The notes under the pieces were generated by a model. The model worked only from the letters and a program-made list of their open reading frames with translations, searched no databases and had not been told where the DNA came from. A DNA stretch of 64,000 bases from Lingula anatina. Taxonomy: Eukaryota; Animalia; Brachiopoda. The position numbers were made by a program, and so were the translations under genes. Position 1 is the first letter of the stretch. Each line of letters opens with the position of its first letter. This document shows, piece by piece, positions 1 to 12,500 of this stretch. The stretch spans positions 59,064,788 through 59,128,787 of the forward strand of contig CM120640.1 of NCBI GenBank assembly GCA_051362555.1. Direction: 5' to 3'.

Positions 1-8
1 TCTGGTAC

Positions 9-1104
9 CTTCCTGTCTGTAACATTTCTGCTCTAAGGTTAGAATTCTCTGTCTGTCCTCCTCCCAAGCAAGCAGCTGTTTCTGGTGTGTGGTAGCCATT
101 TCATTTAGCTCTCTGTCTCGGTCTTTTAATTCTGCTATCAGAAGTTGAAGCTCTCTCCTTTGTTTCTGGATTGTATCGCTCTCGTGCTGAACTGGATACT
201 GAATACAAAGTCAATTGATAAAACAAGTGAATCTTTTAATCAGTAAATCCATATGTCAAAGTGCTAAAAAATGTCATCATTTACACTTGATAAACTATTG
301 GGAATTTAAAATGAAAAGAGATCAGACATACATGTTTTGCAATAAATAAAATACCAAATGCATACTTTATATGAAAACCCAATAACTTTTCACCAAGACA
401 ATACATCACAAACAATAAATGGCTATTATATTTCTACTTCAAATTAATATATATTTATTATTCACAAAATCAAGTATAAACAGACAAAAATAATTAGATA
501 TCTTTAATACAAAGCATATTCTCTATCGCAGAGTAGACATGTTGTATGCCAGCATAGGCTAGGTTATATCACAATAGTTTAAAAAGACAACAATTTAATT
601 CAAACAGGTTTTAAACAAAATTTGTTAAGACAAGAACTGTGTAACTACCTGTTTAATGGGAGACCTATTAGAGGCACCATTTCTGGATGGACTGCCAGGG
701 CGTCTGGCCAGGGCTGGACTGAGTGACCTGCGGGCAGAGGGGCTAGTGGACCTCTGATGGGTGGTCGGGGACGAGTGGGACATTTTCAAACTGGTGCTCA
801 TCTGTAGTGTAATAAGTTAAAGTGGTTTTGAGAATTGCTCGATAGAAAAAAAAATGCACTGAGAATATAACTGGATAAAATAAATTGGCAATGTAACAAA
901 ATTACATATTTTGCTCTATCTATTCAAAACTTGGAATGAACATTTACATACTTTATTGACATAATAAAAAAGCAATAAGCAAAAGGATTTTAAAGGCTCT
1001 GATGAAATGTATTTAATTCATTTAAATCACACACATATATACAGACACACAAGCACACTCACTTTATCTTTAGGTGTACTGTGATGTGGCTGATAGCTGA
1101 ACAT
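9..1104 (-). CDS. CCDC62: CCDC62-like coiled-coil protein, 5' coding exons (1063-1104, 649-801, 9-198); continues beyond the left edge
   Basis: Exon 9-198 (AG..GT bounded) reads YPVQHESDTIQKQRRELQLLIAELKDRDRELNEMATTHQKQLLAWEEDRQRILTLEQKC, matching the vertebrate CCDC62 N-terminus as I recall it (TIEKQRKELQLLIGELKDRDKELNDM..HQQQLLSWEEDRQKVLTLE). Upstream phase-0 exons are 649-801 (MSTSLKMSHSSPTT..SPIKQ) and 1063-1115 (MFSYQPHHSTPKDK, ATG at 1104). The start codon choice is uncertain. Confidence 0.85.
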
Positions 1105-2260
1105 AAAACTTGGATCTGAAAAAAAAATTAAATTTACCTTATGAAGCATAGTAATTAAACTAGTAATTTTAATAAAGTATATACAATGATTAATCAATAA
1201 TCAATTTGTTGAAATAATTTTTGTTGGTTTTTTAATAACTCATGCTGGACATTTGGTCAGAAATTGACAGAATTCTAATTAACTATCTCACAAGGGCTAC
1301 TAGTATGTTATATTTGGTCATCTGAACCAATCTTGCCAGTCATTTATATGGAAGAGAGTGATGATATGGCCAATGTGTCATTGAGAACTGTTTTCCTTTT
1401 TAAGTATGACAATAAATTACCTAATTCACCAGCATAACGTACAACTTTTCTTCCTGTTACCTGTGGTTCTCTGTCACCGTGTTGAGGAAGAAAGCCTTGA
1501 TCCATGCACGATCTCTAAGCAAGAGATTTAAGTAATAGCATTAACAACTGATCAATTAATCGACTGAAGTATGTGTTTAACACAAATTGAGAAGTTCTCT
1601 AAACACAAGCAGTGAAAATCCAACAAAACTCAATGTTCATATCTCTTTGTGTTTAGAACCCTTATAATTGTATAACTGATCACAAAAGTAAATGGTGAAT
1701 GTTTAGATCTAAGTAATACATAGTAATAATTAACTGTTAATGTTTATCGTAAATACAATTAAACTTTTCTTCTTTGGTTTTGCTGTCCAAAATTCAAAAC
1801 AAAATTAATGTTACATATACAAAACGATTACCATTAAGATGGCTATTTCTTTGACTTAATGGTGAACTGCATGACAAATGACATGCTTAGTTAAGTATGA
1901 ATGTGAGATTAATCCCAGATTTATTAATAATTGTAAGATAAATAGTTCAATCGATCGTCAAAAGATGACAAAGGCTCAATGCAAGGACTAGTGTGATAGT
2001 GACTAGTGACTAGCAACATAGTACTTCGTCCAGATTCTTTTGACATTGATCATGTTTGAATATCACAGCAGACCGTTTCCTGCTACAAGCGCGATACAAA
2101 GTGTGGTGACAGTAGCAAGATCAAATATTGACACAAATAACAAATGTCATGTTCCAACTTTCAGCCATGTTATGACCGGCGAAGTAAAATAATAATAAAA
2201 AATAAATCCTAAAATAAATTTGATTTGAAGAATATATCAATGGGTCGCAGTTCAACTTAC

Positions 2261-2448
2261 CGTTAGAAATTATATTCTCCTACGAAAACACATCACCAAA
2301 TGCTGTGTTTATGTGGGTGAACCAAATGAATAGCAAGCCGCCGTTTCTTTTCGAAACTACCCACGCTAATAGTCTGCGCATGCTCCAGCTTTTGTAGCGT
2401 AAGTAACTTCCGGCGAAGCAAGAGCTCTTACTTGTTGATAAACCCAGG
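2261..2448. promoter_or_regulatory. Bidirectional promoter between CCDC62 (-) and DENR (+), with the adjoining non-coding first exons
   Basis: CpG-rich patch in a CpG-poor background. NRF1-like TGCGCATGCT at 2375-2384 and ETS ACTTCCGG at 2406-2413. Outward-facing splice donors: minus-strand GTAAGT ending an exon at 2261, plus-strand GTAATA at 2449. Confidence 0.7.
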
Positions 2449-3174
2449 GTAATATTTGTTTTGCGGCCCTATCCAATCAATTTTTAAACATGTTAATGTT
2501 CTATTGATAATGATAATGTAAAATAACAAGGGGTTTTGTATCCATCTACAACAATGTAATCTGTCTAAAATGACTGGTTTTATCTTGCAATGTTATCCAA
2601 ATAGTATCAGTTACATGTGTTTTTCTTTTTCACACGGTATGTATGCATGTTGGAATTTCATGGACATATGCTTTTATGACATAAGAGTTATCTAACTTGT
2701 TTTAAAATATGTCACGATGTACAGGATTTGTCACTAGTTGAACAATTTTCGGGGGAAGTCTACAGAACTCCATACATTCATGCATTTTCTGGCAGCTTTC
2801 AAAATGGAGATATCATTATAAATGAGCTTGTTTGGGCGGATTGGAGACTTAGGCAATTTGAGGAGTTTTATTTTGATGAATTAGCACTGGTACACTTGTT
2901 GGTACACTTTTTGTCTTATGCACGGCATTATTTGGAAAGGGGGAATAATAAAAAACTTTTTATGCAATTTGTTAGTACATGACTACTAACTAAGTTTTCG
3001 TTTGCTTAATCAAAGTTTTTGACACATAAACGTTAAATTAACGTGCAACAACACAAACAATAAAGAGAACAGAAAATTTATTAATGAAAAATGAATATAT
3101 ATATAACAGTTTGATAACAAATTGACAAAAATGTGGTGATTTGGCTAAGCAAAAAAAATTGCTAGCGCTACCCC

Positions 3175-3176
<2 letters not shown>

Positions 3177-3223
<47 letters not shown>
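3177..3223. repeat. (TA)n microsatellite
   Basis: Perfect AT run in DENR intron 1. Confidence 0.95.
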
Positions 3224-3227
<4 letters not shown>

Positions 3228-3308
3228 ACATGTATTAGTCCAGGAATTTCAGTGGTGAGGTAACAGGTCACTAGTAATAATTGTTTGACATTTGTTTTCT
3301 TGCAGAAC

Positions 3309-5614
3309 ATGGCCAGTGAAGCTGTGGATGAGTCTAGATTTCTGGTACATGAAGGACCAAAGCCAGGAGTATCTTATCCACTTCATGTAGATTATTGTCC
3401 AGGTATCAGCCAGAAACCTTGTATGGTATATGCCTTTGAAGGCTTTCTTTACATTTGTATGCAGCATAAGATGTGTCATTACTTGTAGGTCGTTTCTCTT
3501 TTGTTAGTGAAAGCAAGTGCTTTTGGCATACATAGAACATGTTTATTGATTGTTTAGACTAGAATTTATTGTGCTTTTGCCTGAATGTTACAGACAATAT
3601 TCAGTGAAACGATTTGTTCCTATTTTGTCTGTGTTTTCATATATCCATTTATCTTTTTTCAGAATGCTCAATGCCATTTGAGGTAAGCATTTGTCATTAT
3701 CAAAATTCTGCCAAATGGTTATATATCAACATTACAGTTATCTGACAAACAAAGTCTACTAACCTACAAAACCTCATTAGAAGGTCACCCATGCCATTTT
3801 TAATGAAAAAAAGGCTACTGATTATTTAAGTGTTCAGTTTATCTAAACGAAATCCTATTAACAAAGTTGTTAGTTAAAGTTTTTTAAATACGAGATATAA
3901 GCCTTAAAGGATTTCTAAATGCATCATTTTCTCCTAGTATTGTGAAAACGGTCCTTCATTTGACAAGTGCAAGAAGTGGTTACAGGATAATCTACCAGAG
4001 GAGTTTGAAAGGTTGCATGTTGGTAAGTTTGATGAACAAAGATAGTATGTCACTTTTATAAACCAATTAAATTTCAAATTGTGCTAAATTTAAGAGTAAG
4101 CATTAAGTAATGTATACATTGTACATTGGTATAATGTTTATTTTCTCATTTGTCAATTACAGGTGAAGGTGATGAAGGCAAAGAAGGAGAAGAAAAGAAA
4201 AGACAAAAGCGTGGAGGTAGAGGAGTACCTAAATCAAGAAAAAAGGCAGCTGCACCCCAGAGTGTCTGTTTATCTAGAGCATCCAGAGGGAAGAAAAAAT
4301 ATGTGACTGTGGTGACTGGTCTTGCCACATATGGTAAGCATGTTTTGACAAAGCCGTTTAGTTCTCTGAAGTCAAAGAGAGTAGTTTTTAACTTTCATGT
4401 GTTGATGACAAAATGAGGAGCATGCATTTTTATATAGCAGTCACCTGCGTCTGTCGTCACCATTGCCGTATACATACTCTGCACTTTCACGATAACTGGA
4501 AAAACATTTTACCTTTTGGCTTGAAACTTACTGATGCTTGAAACTTACTGATTACTGATGCATATTCATAAAACACAGGTCAAGTTTGAAAATCAGCATG
4601 TTCGGGCCATCTTTACAAAATTGTTAGTTGATATTATAAAAGAATGGTAAACCTGTTATTGTGTAATAAAGTGTCAAAAATGGAAATAAACTTGTAACAT
4701 TGCAGTTTGTCAGATTCAATCATTCACTATGTTCAGAATCTCAGAATGGAGCAAATTGGACGTCTAAAAATGTTCTATGGATATTTTATCCATCTCAACA
4801 ATTTTCTTAGTTGAACATAAAAAAATGAAAGTAAATTGGTTATTTTGTTTTATGTAAAAATGTTGAAAATGGAAATAAACTTATTTCAGTACAGTTATCT
4901 CTTGTTTACATTTTGGCATTTTCAATGTGTGACTTAGAAGGTCCATGGGCCTGAAGACCTTTGTTGGTCACATTTTCTAAATATCCATGTTACTTATTTT
5001 ACTTATATCGGAAATACCTGTTGTGCATAATTAAAATTTGATTTTGACTTTGCAGTTAAGCATAATGTATTATTGCATCAGAATTGACAGTAGCATATTT
5101 TGTGCATTATTTTTTTGCTTTTGCCTGTACATTTGACAGCTTTGCTGGCTTGTTCTAGAATTCCCTTCTAATTGTGACTTTTTCATTTCCAAGAGATCGA
5201 CCTTAAGGATGCCAGCAAATGTTTTGGCAGCAAATTTGCCTGTGGATCATCAGTAACAGGAGATGATGAAATAGTCATCCAAGGAGATGTAAAAGATGAA
5301 TTGTTCGATTTCATTACAGAAAAGTGGCCCCAGGTATATATTATATATGAGTTTTTTCTCATCTTTACAGTAGATCAATTTTTTTTTTTTTGGTCGTCCC
5401 ATGTAATTTGTATGTACAGTAACGCTTACACTTTGCTTCTTGTCTGACCAGCTTGTTTGAAAACCAAATACACCTTAAACAGAAATATCTCCGCTTATTC
5501 TTAAAAAGATGTATTCACTAAATTTTGATATTTACCTTTATGTCATCTAAATGTTCATTTCTTTTATAGATATCTGAAGATAACATAGATGATCTGGGAG
5601 ATTTGAAGAGATGA
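3309..5614 (+). CDS. DENR: Density-regulated protein (DENR, SUI1-domain translation re-initiation factor), 184 aa; exons 3309-3402, 3663-3682, 3938-4022, 4163-4333, 5194-5333, 5570-5614
   Basis: Six GT-AG exons join in frame (555 nt): [28 protein letters not shown] (four Zn-ligand Cys), [52 protein letters not shown]. Confidence 0.96.
4427..5154 (+). mobile_element. Degenerate Helentron-type (HINE) family A copy in a DENR intron
   Basis: Reverse complement of the family A copies: cacctgcgtctgtcgtc near the 5' end and ctgtacatttgacagctttgctggcttgtt at the 3' end; the 5' hairpin is lost. Confidence 0.75.
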
Positions 5615-5693
5615 AGATATGTTTAAATACAGGACATTGTTTAATGTTAAAAACATGCACCAAGTCAGTTATGAATTGTGTACTACAGCTCTT

Positions 5694-5844
5694 AATAAAG
5701 GCCCATGGCCTTGTATGTCTTTTCATCGTTTGTTTATTCTCTACTCGATGTTAAAGTGCATCTTGTGTAGCTCCAGTTTCTATTGTACATGGAGGTAAAT
5801 ACAGTTTGCATTACCACAATAAGAATGGGAAGAATCTGAATAAA
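5694..5844 (+). terminator. Candidate DENR polyadenylation signals
   Basis: AATAAA at 5694-5699 and 5839-5844, downstream of the TGA at 5612-5614. Confidence 0.5.
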
Positions 5845-7698
5845 ATATATTGGTGCAAATATATTTCTCTAGTTAGAGTAGATGGTTTAACAAAAGACAT
5901 TCAGTAACTTGCAAATAGTAGATTTATTTCAAACTGAAATGATATGAAAAGACCACTGCTCTATACTGTTGCAGTAAAATAATATTTTAATTTACAAATT
6001 TTATGATACATTTCTAATTCATAGTCAACAAAAATGAGTTTCACTGGATAAAATATGTCCTATCATTAACCAGAAGGGTTTGAGACTCCAAACTGAGCAC
6101 CACTGCATCATTTATGATTAATAAAAGAAAAATGTTTTAAAATGAAAATTGCAACATAGAAAAATGTTCCACACATTCAAAGAAAACTAAACAAAAGGGA
6201 CAATATCAGCATGCTGCCTTTAAGTATATATAAAAGTACATTACAAAATGAATTCTTCTTGGAGCTAAAGCAAGCAAATTAAAGACAAAAAATTACTACA
6301 GTGGAAAACCCTGTTGCAATTAAAACAAATATCCTAGATTTGTACCTTGGTACACGTATACGTCCATGTTATTTAAATCAATGTTATTGACAAATGAGTA
6401 GAAAATTTATAAATAGTTCAGAATCGGATTATGCATTAGCAGGGAATATAACACATATTGCACAATATAAAAGCTAACATGTAAGCCTGCAGTGCTCTGT
6501 GCAGTTTAAGTTCCTTTGGCATTGGATATTATTGCACAGCTTCACCAACAATTTTTCAAACCACATAAGATGAACATTTGATTTAACTCGCCCAATAAAG
6601 TGTATTTATCAAATGAAAAATTCCTTAGCATGAGTATAATAAGCACCATAGTCTTTAATCTATTTTGCTTGTAGTGCACATAATAAGTTCTAGAAACATA
6701 CAAAATAGCAAAAGAAGTTCACAGTTTGCTGTTATGTCAAGTCCTTAAAGAGTCAAAGTCACATATAGGCTACAAACCAATCCTGGCTAAGTCCTCATAA
6801 GTCCAACCAATAACTAGACATCAAATATAACACATATACAGACACTAAACATTCAAAGATTAAATGGCAGTTTTCATTCTTAGGTTAGATGAATAGTGAA
6901 AAAGTTTTCAAGAATTTCTAAAAAAAGAAAAAGAAAAAAAATCAGCAATTTCCCCCCAAAAAGATACAATTTTAAGATGTAACAACCTCTTAAATAGTAC
7001 AATATATTAGATTAAAGAAAACATTGGACAACAGACTTCAAAACAAATATCCTAGATTTGTACCTTGTTTGTTCCAATAACTTCATCAAAAATAAACAAA
7101 TCAAGCCAATTTCAAATTCAATCAGCTTTTTCACCTAGCTTAATTACTAGTAAATTAAAACAAAAATAAAGTTAAGTAATTATGGGGCAAATATGCATGT
7201 TAAAAAGTGTGCAGAAGTCCAGTGACTTTTACATAAGAATGTCATCATGGGTATCTTCCAACTCTGCCTGCAGTCTTACTAAAAGACAACAGTAAAACAA
7301 GAAGTTAAAGGGTGAATGAATGTGTTTGACAGTGACTATGGCAGTTAAAGCAACAACAGGAGTAATCAGATTACATACAGACACTGTCTGTATACAAAAA
7401 CTACACAAAATATAAATATCATTTGATCTGAATTTTTTTTTAATTTACACCTCTTAAATATGTACAGCACTGCAAAAAAGGATATAAAATTTACAAGCAA
7501 TGATTATATTTAAGATTGTATAAACCCTCACTGAAGTACATAACAGTTGCAGCTTGTAATTTGGTCATCCAGTTAAAGCTACTTAAGTTCATGAGTCAAA
7601 CAGCTTGGATTCATCAATTAGGGACCAAATGATGCAAATAATTCAATATCCACTACAAATGCATGCAAGTAAAGTTTCAGTATAAATAATTCATGTTG

Positions 7699-7712
7699 AC
7701 ACACGCGCGCGT

Positions 7713-7759
<47 letters not shown>
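7699..7759. repeat. (CG)n/(CA)n compound microsatellite
   Basis: acacacgcgcgcgtgcgc followed by (ca)n, in the presumed ROS1 3'UTR. Confidence 0.95.
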
Positions 7760-7760
<1 letters not shown>

Positions 7761-8331
7761 TGTAAATAAAATCTCTGGGAACTGTAAGTGGGTAAGTAGT
7801 AGGAGGAGTCTGTGACAAAATTTTATTTTTATTGTATACATAAAAATTTCTATGAATACATTAAAAATGTATTAATAGAAAATTCTATGAATACATAAAA
7901 AAAAAATCTATCCAAAATTGATATCTACAGACTTCTAAGCAATGAAAAAACATTCCATATCACTTGGTTAATGGATAACCTTAAATGTGTTTTTTCTCCT
8001 AAATAAAACAATTTGTATAATAACATAGGATGACCTTGATAACTGGTACAATCTTTCCTTATTTCTTTAGTCAGAGTAGAAGTTGACATTTATATCGTAT
8101 CGTACATCATATATTGAGTCAAAATAGTATGAAAAGACCACTTATGACCTTTAATACTGCAATCAAAACCTGGAAGCTTGCTAATTATTGTACACATACT
8201 TGTTTTTCTTGTAAGCTATTGAAAGGAATAACAAAACAAAACTTTTAAATCAGCATGGATTTGCAGAGTTGGTCAGGTTGCATTATTTTAGATACTATTG
8301 GTCTTTTTCTTTTGTAATTAACCTTATCAGA

Positions 8332-9524
8332 TTATATTGGTTCACTTGAAAATGTAAAGCTAGGGTTGTTATTGTTTTGATTATAATTTATGTGGTTTTG
8401 ATTGGATATTACCTCTTGCTTTTCTGAATAAGTACTTCCATTATCTTTCTTTTTACTTGCTGTTGAATAGTCTGGCAAAACCAATATACTGTTTGATCCA
8501 TGGGGTCTTTTTATTTTTCTATTTTTATTTGGGTGTGGCTCTTTGAACAGGGGTTTTCTGTAAGATGTATCATCTTCATTATCTGAGCGATCACTCTCTG
8601 GCAAATTAGCATATCTCACTCTGTCTGAACTGTGGCTATTTGTATGGCCACCAGAGTTGGCTTCAAAGTTGACATTTTCATAACCTGGAAGACGTTCTTT
8701 ATGCCTCTCTGGAGAATTTGAACCTGAACCTGAAGCATCATCTGTATCAGCACCATTTTCTTTGTCAGACTCATCGTCCCCTGTTCCTTCCAGATCAGCA
8801 TAATTTAAATTAGATGAATCATGCATCAACTTTTGACTTTCTCCCTCTATTTCACTTTCTTCTGCATCACTCCCTCCTGAGGCTGCAGACTCCCCAAGTG
8901 CCAAAGTGGCATAATTCAGTTTCATGCCAGCGCTTTTGTGATTCCCAAAGTCTACTAAACCATCATCTAAACTATCTTGAGAACTGTGAAGCTGTGAATG
9001 GGATGTTTTATGGTTTTTGTCTTCTGTCACATTAGTATCATCACCCAAATTGTCATCTGACAGACCACCAAGCTGTGCATAACTGACAGTTTGTGGGGCC
9101 TTATTGGCTTTTGCTGCAGACCTCTGCATATTTGCAGTTGAACTTGGAAGTCCATTGACAACTTGTGAATAATTAACTTTACCAGCTGAGGCACCACCTA
9201 CGCCTACTTGATGCCCAGGAGAAGAGCCGTCTGGCAGAAGTTCCAGGTATCTGTGAGGTGAATGATGCCTCGCAGTCAAATAGTCATTTGCATTGCTGGG
9301 AGTCCTATGCGCAATTCCCTGTAGCCTAGGAGCATGCATATGGTCCATGGAAACAGCTTTCTTCACCTTGCGAGTTTTCTTTTTTCTTGGCAGTTGCGAA
9401 ATGTCTCCTGAGCTGGAGTCCAATACTTCTGTGCTCTCTGAAGTGCTATCCAGGTCTGCATCCCCTATCAGGGACTGGAGCCTCTTCCTTTTGCTGGTTG
9501 GAGTTAGTTTCACAGAGCCACCGA
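8332..9524 (-). CDS. ROS1: ROS1 terminal exon: long low-complexity C-terminal tail
   Basis: Acceptor ttttag|TC at 9524 (phase 1), open to TAA at 8332-8334; multiple Tyr motifs. Confidence 0.85.
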
Positions 9525-12500
9525 CTAAAATTTAAATAACAAAATATATGACAAACATGGTTATAATCTCACAAAACTCCCTCGAAGAACAACTGTCTAG
9601 TGAATTATTAAAATGTGAAATAACATGATTGAAGCAGCCCTCACATTTTATATTTAATTTGAAAACACTACGTAATTTAAGACTATCTGCAACTTGAGAA
9701 GAGACAAAAATCCTCAAGGACAGATTATGTAAAACCTGTTCTAGATTTCAAACTTTTTCTTTCAAAAGTATTAAAAAACATGAATCCTTTTTCCAGCATT
9801 CCAACAGATTTTTATAATTTCCTGGACACACATAGCTGCAATTTAATGTAATGCATCAAAGTGGCAGTTCCTAATGATAAGTGTATCACATACACTTCAT
9901 TCAGGCTGGTGAGTGCAGGTCACACAGACTGGCAACATGCAGGATATGCCACATCAACTTGTCAACTTAATAGAACTGCTCCCAAATACCAGATCACCAT
10001 CAGCAATCAGAAGTAACATTTGAATGACATACAAATAGGGATTCCAATGGTTAAGTGCCAAAAGGATATAATGGTTTTCATATCCACCGACCCATTATTA
10101 ACTTTCATTCATTCCAGTTTAATTTCAACAGATGCCAAGTCATTAAACCTACCTCCATGTAAAAAGGGACAAAAACAATAAGAACATCATAGCATGTGCA
10201 CAGGGAAAACAATAAAACCATGCTATGGTATTTTTATTATCGACACTGTTTTACTCTCCAAGTTTGCAGACATTATCAAACCTGACATAACTGCACTACC
10301 AATATCATATACTTATATTGTAGCACTTTAATGCACACTTCAATATGCCAATCCAAAGGGGCGGGGAAAGGCAGCAGTCCTGAACACTTTTCATGACATT
10401 AATGATATTTTCTAAGACCTATTACAAAATACTACTGCTGGAATTAAATTCTGTGAAATTTTACATGTAACATTTATTTGCATATAAAATATTTAATTGC
10501 TTCTCTGATCAATTTGTTCTGCAAAATGAATATTTACAGTTGGTACTATTAATGGTTGTCACTTACAAAATTTTTAGTTATCTCATGCAAATAACCCCCA
10601 AATAATCAATTTTCTGTAACAATCAATTGGTCCCCCTGGCATAATCAAGCAGAGCTGTGCACACACAAGAAGGCAAATAACAAACTCAGAGAACCAGGCC
10701 ACTCAAAAATGTCTAAACCACAGACCTGGGCCAGAAAACAACCTGGAATGTATAAACCTGCCTCCTTTAAGATACAGGATGCCCTGGGGAGAAATACAGC
10801 CAATATATATACATAGTAAGACTAACTCGCCTTTATGGTAACTAATATGTGAATGCCAAATGGTTAATTACAATACCCCATAAGTCTGATTAATGCTTAA
10901 ATTATTTTTCAGATAAAAATGTGGTATGTTCCTGATAAAATTACAACTAAAATTGTTAGGAAAAATTATAACAGTAAAACTTTCATTGCTTTTCCAACTT
11001 CTAATTCACCTAAATACTCATCTTGGGTAATTGTATTCTGCTTCATTTATTAATTTGAAAGTTTAGTTGTCAAACCAGCATTGTTTGATTGTAAATCTTG
11101 AGCATTTGACCACAGTTAATGTGTGCATTTAGCATATTAAACAAACATTAATATCTATCAAATACTATCTCTTAATCATGCAAGCATTATGTTTTCCATG
11201 CATCTAATGGTCTGTACTGTTACAAAACCAACATTAACATCTCTATACCCATTTTTTTAATGAGAAGTGGATGTTACACTTCACTTGCTGTTAATAGTAT
11301 GCAGTGGGTTCCAATGTAAGTATTAACAAGGCAGCAAAGCTGTCAAATGTACAGACAAAAAGCAGGAAATAACTATGCACAAAATAGGCTACTGTCAATT
11401 CTGATGCAAAAGTACATTATGTTAAACTGCAAATTCAACATCAAATTTTAATTATGCTCAACAGGTAATACCAATGTAAGTAAAATGTGTAACAAGCATA
11501 AGGCTTCAGGCCCATGGCAGTTCAAGTTCACACTTTGAAAATGTATAACTTCCAGAAAAAGAAGCCAATTAGACTGCTTTTCCAACTCAGGCTGCATTTT
11601 AGTCCTGTATTTCTTTTCTGAACGTTTGGCAATCATCAGTAACATGGTTTTCCCATAATGGTCATCATGGCAGCAGCACCCAAAATTGTGTTTTCTTCTA
11701 TTCTGATGCAATATTACATAGTGGTTAACAGCATAATGACCGTCAATTTTTAATAATAAAATATACGTATCATGGATTTTCAGAAAATGTGACTAGCATG
11801 GGTCTTCAAGCCCATGGAACTTCAAAGTCACACCTTGAAAATGCCAATATGTGAAAAATTATGTTTCTTTCCTGTAAGTTTGAGAACAGTAAGTGACACG
11901 ATTTTTCTTAAATGGTCATCATGGGAGCAGTGCCTAAAATATTTTTTTCCAAATTTTGATGCAATATTACATAACGTTTAACAGCATAATGACCATCAAT
12001 TTTTAATAATAAAATATTAGTATTATGGATATTTAGAAAATGTGACTAGCAAAGGTCTTCAGGCCCATGGAACTTCAAAGTCACAACTTGAAAATGCCAA
12101 AATGTAAACAAGACAGCACTGTTCTGAAATGTTTTTTTTTTTTTACCATTTTTAACACTTTTTTAACATAAAACAAAATTAACAGTTTACTGCCATTTTT
12201 ATATGATCAACTAAGAAAATTGTGAAAAATATCAATAAAACGGTGTCAAATGTCCAATTTCCTCCATTCTGAGTTTCTAAACATAGTGAATGATTGCATC
12301 TGACAAACTGCAATGATATGAGTTTATTTCCATATTTGAAACTTTATTACACAATACACGATAACAAGTTTACCATCATTTTTACAAAATCAACTAACAA
12401 TGTTGTAAAGATGCAGGAAATGTCAAACAAACACTTTTACTTATCTTATTAATTAAATAATGAAACTGTTAACATGCCTAAAAATTTAATCTGAGGAAAT

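Noticed and set aside
2728-3310. ORFs 2728-2982 (+) and 3038-3310 (-), and a possible TIR element at about 2745-3176
   Set aside because: They lie in DENR intron 1, have no recognisable motifs, and one just translates the (TA)n run; the putative termini match too weakly.
8332-9513. The 393-aa ORF as a stand-alone single-exon gene
   Set aside because: It begins at a GTG just inside a phase-compatible splice acceptor, and it supplies the LNYxxL motifs and stop codon expected for ROS1.
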